This document shows, in pieces, positions 19,722 to 27,900 of a DNA stretch of 32,000 nt (position 1 is its first letter; every line of letters begins with the position of its first letter). The notes under the pieces are model-generated. The model was given only the letters and a program-made list of their open reading frames with translations, was not told where the DNA came from and made no database searches. Origin of the DNA: Cylindrospermopsis raciborskii Cr2010 (GTDB lineage: Bacteria; Cyanobacteriota; Cyanobacteriia; Cyanobacteriales; Nostocaceae); assembly GCF_003367075.2 (NCBI RefSeq), contig NZ_CP065936.1, forward strand, positions 2,610,001 through 2,642,000, written 5' to 3'. The translations under genes and the position numbers were made by a program.

Positions 19722-20961
19722 TCATCCTATCTAACACCTGAGTATAAACTGTGTTTAGTTGACTGGCCACACCCTCCCAACTAAACTTTTCTACAACTCT
19801 CTTACTACCAGCTAAACCTAATTTATCTCGCCATTGAGGATTACCAATAATCCTATCAATAGCATAGCTAAAAGCTGTTACGTCTTGAACGGGAGCCAGT
19901 AAACCTGTGTTCTCACTTACTACGGTAAATTGCAGCCCTCCCACGTCACTAGCTATCACTGGTGTACCACATGCCATGGATTCCAAGGCTACTAGACCAA
20001 AGGGTTCATAATGACTCGGTATGACACAAACATCAGCCGCAGAATAGTAGTAAGGTAGTATGTCCCTTTTTAACAAACCGGGAAAAAGTGTATATTCCAC
20101 CATTCCTAGTTCCCGGACAATTCCCTCAATGCGATCGCGTTCCTTCCCGTCGCTATTACCTGGTGTACTCCCACCACCAATAATCAGTTTCAGGTTTTGG
20201 TCTCCAAAAAACCTTGACTCTCGCACTGCGCGAACCAGAGTTTCTATTCCTTTACGAGGGTCAAATCTCCCCACATAGAGCACAACCTTGGCCTTCTTGT
20301 CAATGCCTAATGTATCTCTAGCCACCCCTCTATCCACACAATTAAACCGGCGAACATTTGTACCACAGGGAATAACTGTAATGTTACCTTTCCTACTGAT
20401 CAAAGTTCTCATTTGTTCTTCTTCTTGGGGACTCGTGGCTATAATCACTTCCGCTTTTTCCAACACCTCTTTTTCCACTGCCAACCTTTGATTGGCAATG
20501 GGTGGAATGTTTTCTATAGTGTTATATTTGACTACTCCTAGGGAATGATATGTGTGAATCTGTTTAGTTCCTTGAATCTGTCTCAATTGGAGTCCCACCC
20601 AGCTGGATAGCCAGTAGTTGGTGTGAACTAGTTCATATTTAAAACCGCTTTCTTTCTGAAATTTTAATAGCTGTTCTACAAATTCTCGTAAATATTGAAA
20701 ACCATGGTCTCTGGAAACAAATTCCACTGGTCCTGCTGTCAATCTAATTGTTCGACAATGGGAATTATGTTGTACAATATTCTCCTGGTCAGGACTGACT
20801 TTACGACTGAACATATCAACTTGCCATCCTAGCTGGGATAGTGCTTCACCTACCTGGCGAACATAAACATTTTGTCCCCCGGCCTCTTCTTTGCCAATTT
20901 CTATCGCCGGATCACCATGGACGGAAATCAGGGCAATCCTTTTATTAGTTGTAGAGTTCAT
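19693..20961 (-). CDS. GT4-family (GT-B fold) glycosyltransferase, sucrose-phosphate-synthase-like glucosyltransferase domain
   Basis: 422 aa. N-terminal IALISVHGDPAIEIGKEEAGGQNVYVRQVGEALSQLGWQVDMFSRK. C-terminal donor-binding EX7E region YEPFGLVALESMACGTPVIASDVGG. The SPS-like call rests on resemblance to the ISxHG...GGQxxYV pattern and is tentative. The 3' end overlaps the convergent oxygenase gene by 29 bp. Confidence 0.8.
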   Translation of the reverse strand: MNSTTNKRIALISVHGDPAIEIGKEEAGGQNVYVRQVGEALSQLGWQVDMFSRKVSPDQENIVQHNSHCRTIRLTAGPVEFVSRDHGFQYLREFVEQLLKFQKESGFKYELVHTNYWLSSWVGLQLRQIQGTKQIHTYHSLGVVKYNTIENIPPIANQRLAVEKEVLEKAEVIIATSPQEEEQMRTLISRKGNITVIPCGTNVRRFNCVDRGVARDTLGIDKKAKVVLYVGRFDPRKGIETLVRAVRESRFFGDQNLKLIIGGGSTPGNSDGKERDRIEGIVRELGMVEYTLFPGLLKRDILPYYYSAADVCVIPSHYEPFGLVALESMACGTPVIASDVGGLQFTVVSENTGLLAPVQDVTAFSYAIDRIIGNPQWRDKLGLAGSKRVVEKFSWEGVASQLNTVYTQVLDRMIIGSLTHPL

Positions 20962-21533
20962 AGATACTTGGTGTATGTTATCACAGGGTAGTATGGTATG
21001 CCATCCAGGCTGACCTGAATTTTAAAACTTGGTCTTCTTTGTTGATTTTAATACAAAAATCACATTCTGACCGGTTATTATCTTTCTATGATGATTGATC
21101 TTATATATCATCAGCAGTTTTTTTACTTATGGTAAAAACCTCCTGTGACTCCGATTAAATCATTTATTCGGCTTATGTTACAACTCCCTTTTGGTTAAGC
21201 AAAAGTTAAGTTGAGGTTAAACAGTAAAACCTAAACAGTTTTATTTTTTGGTTTGGCAATTTTTAGTTTTTTAAAAATGAACCTAACTTCCGATCCTATA
21301 AAAAAAAATAGCAAAATTCTGTTACATACAATACTAATTTAGTAAATCTTACCAGCAAGTAATCCGGATTCCGCGTAATTTCGGTTTTTTGAATAATTTT
21401 GATGATAATTTCGATACAAAGTAGTCTAAATCTTAGGTCGCGATTATGATTATGAATAGCTGGACAAACCAAAAACTTATCCCTAGCTACTGTACAATAC
21501 AAGAAAATATTTAAATTATCAAAGCTGATTCCG

Positions 21534-21902
21534 ATGACCAACTCAGAAGTTAACACAAAATCCAGTGATAAGAGCTTAGAAGCAATGCGGCACTTTTCAG
21601 AACAGTACGCCAAACGGACTGGAACATACTTTTGTTCAGAACCATCCGTGACAGCAGTGGTCATTGAAGGTTTAGCCAAGCACAAAGATGATTTAGGTGC
21701 ACCATTGTGTCCCTGTCGTCATTATGAAGACAAAGAAGCGGAAGTTAGCGCCGCCTATTGGAATTGTCCTTGTGTACCAATGCGGGAGCGCAAAGAATGC
21801 CACTGTATGCTTTTCCTTACTTCTGACAACGAATTTGCCGGGAAAAACTTACAAGAAATTTCCATGGCAACCATTAAAGAAGTACGAGACAGTATGGGAT
21901 AG
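21534..21902 (+). CDS. ftrC: Ferredoxin-thioredoxin reductase, catalytic (beta) subunit
   Basis: 122 aa. The cysteine signature is CPCRHYEDKEAE....WNCPCVPMRERKECHCMLF (CPC...CPC...CHC), which is diagnostic of FTR-B. Confidence 0.95.
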   Translation: MTNSEVNTKSSDKSLEAMRHFSEQYAKRTGTYFCSEPSVTAVVIEGLAKHKDDLGAPLCPCRHYEDKEAEVSAAYWNCPCVPMRERKECHCMLFLTSDNEFAGKNLQEISMATIKEVRDSMG

Positions 21903-21908
21903 TTCCCG

Positions 21909-22313
21909 ATGAATGGAAATCAACCAGAAGAATTTTGGTTAGGTGTAGAACAGTTCAATGCTGGACAGTTCTACGCTTGTCATGATACCCTAGAAGCACT
22001 GTGGATAGAAGCAACAGAACCAGAAAAAACCCTCTATCAGGGAATTTTGCAAATTGCCGTGGCCTTATATCATCTGGAAAATAGCAACTTGCGAGGAGCA
22101 ATGATCCTATTGGGTGAGGGTACGAATCGTTTGCGTCGTTTGGCTGATGATAACAATTATGGGATTAATTTGTGGCAACTTTTAATTGATAGTGTGAACT
22201 TTTTAAAAGTCATTCAGCAGGAAAAACCAGAAGAGGTTTCAACCATGACCTTGCCTAAGATTGTCAGGTCAAATCCCCTAGGCACCGATTTCAAAGTTAG
22301 CAAAACTCCATAG
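21909..22313 (+). CDS. DUF309 domain protein
   Basis: 134 aa. It starts 7 nt after the ftrC stop. The motif FNAGQFYACHDTLEALW.......K.LYQGILQIAVALYHL.N.N..GA..LL matches the DUF309 consensus as I recall it. Confidence 0.8.
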   Translation: MNGNQPEEFWLGVEQFNAGQFYACHDTLEALWIEATEPEKTLYQGILQIAVALYHLENSNLRGAMILLGEGTNRLRRLADDNNYGINLWQLLIDSVNFLKVIQQEKPEEVSTMTLPKIVRSNPLGTDFKVSKTP

Positions 22314-22344
22314 TTGAGAAACTTTAATCAGCGGAAAACGTCGA

Positions 22345-22872
22345 ATGTTTCGTTGCACTTACAATCAACTTTTATCATGTCCACCTATGCTCAAATCACA
22401 AATGCACCGTCTGGGACTGGCTATAATGCTCCCTGTAACTATCATTACGGTTACCCTAACTGGTAAGCTATCCACCGCCCAATCTTCCGGGGGAAATCGC
22501 CCATTGACCATCCGTGCTGACATTCAAGAGTATGATGCTAAAACTCAGGTGATTACTGCCCGTGGTAATGTGCAGATGCTCTATCCTGCTCGTCAAATTC
22601 AAGCAACTGCTGCCCAAGCCCAATATTTTAGTAAGGAACGCCGGATAGACTTTAGCGGTAATGTATATATTTTACAGCAAGGTAATAATAGTATAAGAGC
22701 TGAAAAGGTTACCTATCTCATTGATGAGGGACGATTTATCGCCCTACCCCAATCTAACCGTCAGGTGGAATCAATTTATATGATAGAGGATGATGATTTG
22801 AGTCAACCAACTAGTAGACCAACAACCAAACCAACTCCTAAGCAAGGTTCTAAAACTCGGTCTCCCCTCTAA
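22345..22872 (+). CDS. LptA/OstA-family periplasmic protein (LPS transport bridge component-like)
   Basis: Signal/anchor segment LGLAIMLPVTIITVTL. OstA_N-like beta-jellyroll repeats follow (LTIRADIQEYDAKTQVITARGNVQMLY...QATAAQAQYF.....IDFSGNVYILQQGNNSIRAEKVTY). It sits directly upstream of lptB. The true start may be an internal Met (22387 or 22402). Confidence 0.7.
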   Translation: MFRCTYNQLLSCPPMLKSQMHRLGLAIMLPVTIITVTLTGKLSTAQSSGGNRPLTIRADIQEYDAKTQVITARGNVQMLYPARQIQATAAQAQYFSKERRIDFSGNVYILQQGNNSIRAEKVTYLIDEGRFIALPQSNRQVESIYMIEDDDLSQPTSRPTTKPTPKQGSKTRSPL

Positions 22873-22902
22873 TTACTATTAATCATTGCAAGAGCAGCGA
22901 TA

Positions 22903-23631
22903 GTGAAAATCTTTCTGGAAAATATTCACAAGTCTTACAGTAAAAGAGTTATTGTCAATCGTGTTAGTCTTTCTGTATCTCAAGGTGAAATAGTTGGTTT
23001 GTTAGGACCCAATGGTGCTGGTAAAACCACAACATTTTACATTGCTACGGGTTTAGAAAAACCAGATCAGGGCAAGGTATGGTTAGATGAACTAGATATT
23101 ACTTCCATGGCCATGCACAAAAGAGCTAGATTGGGTCTTGGCTATCTTGCACAGGAAGCGAGCATTTTTCGTCAACTATCTGTCAAAGAAAATATACTTT
23201 TAGTTCTAGAGCAAACTAATGTGCCAAGGCGAGAATGGTCTAGTAGACTACGAGAACTATTAACAGAATTTCGCCTGCAAAAAGTTGTTAATAGTAAGGG
23301 TATTCAACTTTCTGGGGGTGAAAGACGACGTACAGAGTTAGCTAGAGCTTTAGCAGCGGGTAGGGAGGGTCCGAAATTTCTGTTTTTGGACGAACCCTTT
23401 GCTGGGGTTGACCCCATCGCAGTGGCAGAAATTCAGCAAATTGTTGCCCGATTGAGAGAGCGTGGTATGGGTATTTTAATCACTGACCACAATGTTAGAG
23501 AAACCCTGGCCATTACTGACAGAGCTTATATCATGCGGGAAGGACAAATCTTAGCCTTTGGCATTGCTGATGAACTATACAATAATCCTCTTGTGCGTCA
23601 ATACTATTTAGGAAATCACTTTCTCCTTTAG
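22903..23631 (+). CDS. lptB: LPS export ABC transporter ATP-binding protein
   Basis: 242 aa with a GTG start. Motifs: Walker [11 protein letters not shown]-loop LAQE, signature LSGGERRR, Walker [15 protein letters not shown]-loop ITDHN. It sits between the lptA-like and lptF/G genes. Confidence 0.9.
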   Translation: MKIFLENIHKSYSKRVIVNRVSLSVSQGEIVGLLGPNGAGKTTTFYIATGLEKPDQGKVWLDELDITSMAMHKRARLGLGYLAQEASIFRQLSVKENILLVLEQTNVPRREWSSRLRELLTEFRLQKVVNSKGIQLSGGERRRTELARALAAGREGPKFLFLDEPFAGVDPIAVAEIQQIVARLRERGMGILITDHNVRETLAITDRAYIMREGQILAFGIADELYNNPLVRQYYLGNHFLL

Positions 23632-23641
23632 AAACAATTAA

Positions 23642-23693
23642 GTAGGGAGGCACAATTATTTGTAGGTTGAGTTTAATACGAAACCCAACAAAT
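23642..23693. repeat. Short dispersed intergenic repeat, copy B (uninterrupted form), forming an imperfect hairpin just downstream of lptB
   Basis: GTAGGGA (23642-23648), ATTATTTGTAGG (23655-23666), TTGAGTTTAATA (23667-23678), ...CCCAAC (23684-23689). ATTTGT (23658-23663) pairs with ACAAAT (23688-23693), plus GG/CC. A degenerate partial copy (AGGTTGAGGAACGAACC) lies at about 23742-23758. Confidence 0.5.
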
Positions 23694-23764
23694 ATGATAA
23701 TAATTTATTGACTTTTCATATCTGCGCCCAATTTTGTCGGTTAGGTTGAGGAACGAACCATCAT

Positions 23765-24931
23765 ATGCAGACCAAACCATTTTACACGATTAACTCCCTG
23801 ATGCCATTTTCTATTATGGATCGCTACTTGGCGATGCAGCTACTACCCATCTTTCTATTTGGTGTTGGTGCTTTTACTTCCGTAGTCTTAGCCATTGACA
23901 GTTTATTTGAGTTGTTGCGCAAAGTAGTAGAATCCGGACTACCAATTAACATTGCATTAAAAGTGTTTGTGCTGAAATTGCCCTACGTCATGGTTTATTC
24001 CTTTCCCATGTCTACTTTACTAGCAACTTTAATGACTTATAGCAAGTTATCCAGTGACAGTGAACTGATAGCTTTAAGAGGATGTGGTGTGAGCGTGTAT
24101 CGAATAGTCCTAACAGCAGTTTTGCTGAGTGGTTTAGTTACTGGAATGACCTATATATTTAATGAATATATTTCCCCCGCAGCCAATTATGAAGCTAGTG
24201 TTACTCTAGAAAGGGCCTTAAAATCAGATCAACCATCATTTAAACAACAGAATATTTATTATCCAGAATATCGAGAAGAAAAAACAAAAGATGGCGGTAG
24301 TAGTAGACTATTGGCGCGCTTATTTTATGCTGATGAATTTGATGGCAAAAAAATGAAAGGACTGACAATTATTGATCGTTCTCAAGCGGGAGTAAATCAA
24401 ATTGTTGTATCTGAATCTGCCCAATGGAATGCATATAAACAAGTTTGGGACTTTTATAATGGCACTATTTATTTAGTTGCTCCTGATCGTTCTTATCGAA
24501 ATATTTTGCGTTTTGAACATCAGCAATTACAATTGCCTAGCACACCCTTAATTGTGGCTAAAAATAGTCGAGACTATGAAGAAATGAACATTGCCCAATC
24601 ATTACAACAACTAGAAATAGAAAAGTTAGCAGGTAATCCCCAAAGAATTAAAAAATTGGAGGTCAGAATCCAACAAAAAATAGCCTTCCCCTTCATTTGT
24701 ATAATTTTTGGTTTAGTTGGTTCAGCTATGGGAACCATCCCCCAACGCACTGGTAGAGGAAGGAGTTTTGGTGTCAGCATTATAGTCATTTTTATTTATT
24801 ATTTATTACTATCTGTTTGTGGAGCTTTAGCACAAGCAGAAATTTTGTCTCCCTTTGTAGGTGCATGGTTACCCAATCTGTGTGGGTTAGGGATGGGAAT
24901 TTTAATTCTTATGCAATTTTCCCAAAAGTAG
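23765..24931 (+). CDS. LptF/LptG-family LPS export permease (YjgP/YjgQ)
   Basis: 388 aa. The N-terminus has IMDRYL...LLP.F. There are three TM segments, a large periplasmic beta-jellyroll-like insert, then three C-terminal TM segments (FPFICIIFGLVGSAMG ... VIFIYYLLLSV ... WLPNLCGLGMGILIL). The true start may be Met13 or Met18 (23801/23816). Confidence 0.85.
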   Translation: MQTKPFYTINSLMPFSIMDRYLAMQLLPIFLFGVGAFTSVVLAIDSLFELLRKVVESGLPINIALKVFVLKLPYVMVYSFPMSTLLATLMTYSKLSSDSELIALRGCGVSVYRIVLTAVLLSGLVTGMTYIFNEYISPAANYEASVTLERALKSDQPSFKQQNIYYPEYREEKTKDGGSSRLLARLFYADEFDGKKMKGLTIIDRSQAGVNQIVVSESAQWNAYKQVWDFYNGTIYLVAPDRSYRNILRFEHQQLQLPSTPLIVAKNSRDYEEMNIAQSLQQLEIEKLAGNPQRIKKLEVRIQQKIAFPFICIIFGLVGSAMGTIPQRTGRGRSFGVSIIVIFIYYLLLSVCGALAQAEILSPFVGAWLPNLCGLGMGILILMQFSQK

Positions 24932-24941
24932 ATGGGGATGT

Positions 24942-27900
24942 TTAACGATTGGGGTTTGAGCAAACAACCCGGAAACCCAAATTGTTCTTGTCAGAGAGAT
25001 GACGATTACGGGAACCAGAACGACAGTGTTTAGCAGAATCACACCAAGAACCACCACGTAACAGATGGCCGCGAAAAACACCAAAAATTCCCTTCTCAAC
25101 CCATGGACTACCATCCTTTGGTATATCTTGGTAGTGATCACGCCAATGATCTAAACACCATTCCCAAACGTTCCCGTGCATATCGTATAATCCAAATGGG
25201 TTGGGAGGGAAACTTCCCACCTCCGTAGTTTGTTTGCGATATTGTCCTTGAGGTGCTAAACTATCCCCATGGTCTCCATGATAGTTGACCAGATCTGTTG
25301 TAATGGTGTCACCAAAATGAAATTCTGTGCTGGTTCCCCCCCTACAAGCATATTCCCACTGTGCTTCACTAGGTAAGGTGTATATCCTTCCAGTAATCTG
25401 ACTGAGTTCTTCGCAGAAATCAAGTGCTTGACTCCACTTTACCCTTTCTACTGGGCGTTTGTCACCCTTGAAATAAGAAGGGTTATCTCCCGTAACAGCT
25501 TGATATTGTTCCTGTGTTATCTCGTATTTTCCCATGAAAAAACTGGGTATTGTGACTAAATGTTCAGCAATCCCCTCCGCATTTCCCCGATTTTCAGCTG
25601 ACTTGATGGTAAATGTCCCTCCTGGAATTTCTACCATTTCTAAGGTGATATCATCACCTAAATCCTCCACAAAGTATATCGCACTAGCGTCACGTTTGAT
25701 TATCTCTCCGGAATTTTTCTTACTAACTACTTCAAAGCTTAGGATCTTTAAGTTAAGGTAATTACGGAGTTTAATGGTCAGTGTTAATCCTCCCTTCTCC
25801 CAAAACTTGAGGTTTTCCTTTAGGTCTAAACTACCAAGACTTAAAGCTCGGTTAAAATCCTCTATTGCTCCCTGTCTGTCTCCCAATTCGTAGCGAATGT
25901 TCCCTCGTATGTTATACGCTTCAACATAATTGGAGTTAATCTTCAAAGCTTGATTAAAATCCTCTATTGCTCCCTGTCTATCCCCTAATTTATAGCAAAC
26001 AATTGCTCGATTGTTGTATGCTTCTGCATAATAAGGATTTATTTGGAGAGCTTGACTAAAATCATCTTTAGCCCATTCCCTATCTCCCAAATCTGTGTAT
26101 GCAACTCCCCGATTGTTGTATGCTTGAGCGTAATTGGGATTAATGTTTAAAGCCTGATTAAAATCTTCTATGGCTTTTTGTCTATTTCCCAATTCATAGC
26201 GTGCATATCCTCTATTAATATATGATTCTGTATAATTAGAGGCAATTATAGTAGCTTGAGTAAAATCTTCTATAGCCAATTGCCTCTCGCCCAAACAAAT
26301 ACGCACAATTCCCCTATTGTTATAGGCTTGGGCATAGTTGGAGTTAATATTAAGAGCGTGATTGAAATCCTCTATTGCTCCCCGATTATCCCTCAACTCA
26401 TAGCGAACAATTCCCCTATTGTTATAAGCTTGGGCATAGTTGGAATTAATATTAAGAGCATGATTGAAATCCCCTATTGCTCCCTGGTGATCTCCCAGCT
26501 CATAGCGAACAATTCCCCGATTGTTATAAGCATCAGCATAACTAGGGTCAATATCCAGACCATGATTGAAATCATTTATCGCCCCTTGGCTATCTCCTAA
26601 CTTATAAAGAGCAGTTCCTCTACCAATATAGGCATCAGCACAATTAGACTTAATTTCTAGAGCTTGAGTGTAATCATCTATTGCTCTCTGGTAGTTTGCT
26701 AAATCATAGTAAGCAATCCCCCGATTATAGTAGGCATCAGCATAATCAGGACTAATATTAATGGCTTCCGTATAATCATCTATTGCCGTTTGATAGTCTG
26801 CCATATGACTACGAACAATTCCTCGATTGTTATATACGTAAGCATAATCAGGATTAAGATTCAGGGCCTGGGTATAATCATCTATTGCTCCCTGGTTGTC
26901 TCCCAACTCACTTCGGGTCAGTCCCCGTGCAATGTAGGTTTCAGTATCATCAGGGTTAATATTGAGTGCTTGAGTATAATCATTTATCGCCCCTTGTTTA
27001 TCTCCCAGTTCGCTACGAAGCATTCCCCAAGCGTAGTAGGCTTGAGCATAATTAGGATTAATATTAATAGCTTGAGTATAATCATCTACCGCTCCTTGTT
27101 TATCTCCTAAGCTAGTGCGAGCAATTCCTCGGTTGTAGTAGGCTTGAGCATAGTTAGGATTAAGACTCAAGCTCTGGGTATAATCATCTATTGCTCCTTG
27201 TTTATCTCCTAGGTTAAAACGAGCAATTCCCCGACCGTAGTAGGCTTGAGCATAATTAGGATTAATATTAATGGCTTGGGTATAATCATCTATTGCTCCC
27301 TGGTTGTCTTCTAAATTAATGCGGGTAGTTCCCCAATTATAATAGGCTTCAGTATAGTTATAATCAACTCTGAGAGCTTGAATGTAATCATCTATTGCTC
27401 CTTGATAATCTCCCAAGTAAGTACGAATAGCTCCCCGATTATTATATGCTTCGGCATAATTAGGATTAATTCTGATAGCTTGGGTGTAATCATCCATGGC
27501 CGCCTTGTTAGAACCCAGGTCACTACGAATTATGCCCCGGTTGTAATAGGCACTAGCAAACTTAGGATTAAGATTCAAGCTCTGGGTATAGTCGTCTATT
27601 GCTCCCTGCTTATCTCCTAATTGACTGCGAGCAACACCTCGATTATGGTACGCTTGGGCATAATTAGGATTAATTCTAATTGCCTGGCTAAAATCATTGA
27701 TAGCTTCTTGATGGTTTCCTAAGTCACAGTAAACAAGTCCTCTAGCAGCATAACCATCAGCAAAGTGGGAATTAATCCTGATAACCTGATTAAAATCATC
27801 TATTGCTCCCTGCTTATCCCCTAAATCATATCGAGCAAGTCCCCGTCTAGTATAAGCATCAAAAAAAGCAGAATTAAGGTGAAGAGCTTGGTTGAAATCA

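Noticed and set aside
21296-21685. 129-aa ORF on the - strand spanning the ftrC 5' end and the upstream spacer
   Set aside because: It overlaps the well-supported ftrC gene on the opposite strand. It runs through poly-A/T low-complexity sequence and has no recognisable motifs.
26256-27620. Three + strand ORFs (26256-26600, 26790-27110, 27378-27620) with repetitive I/V/S-rich translations
   Set aside because: They are antisense read-through of the 102-bp TPR-coding repeats of the 1280-aa gene. Their periodicity simply mirrors the repeat, and they have no start-site signals.
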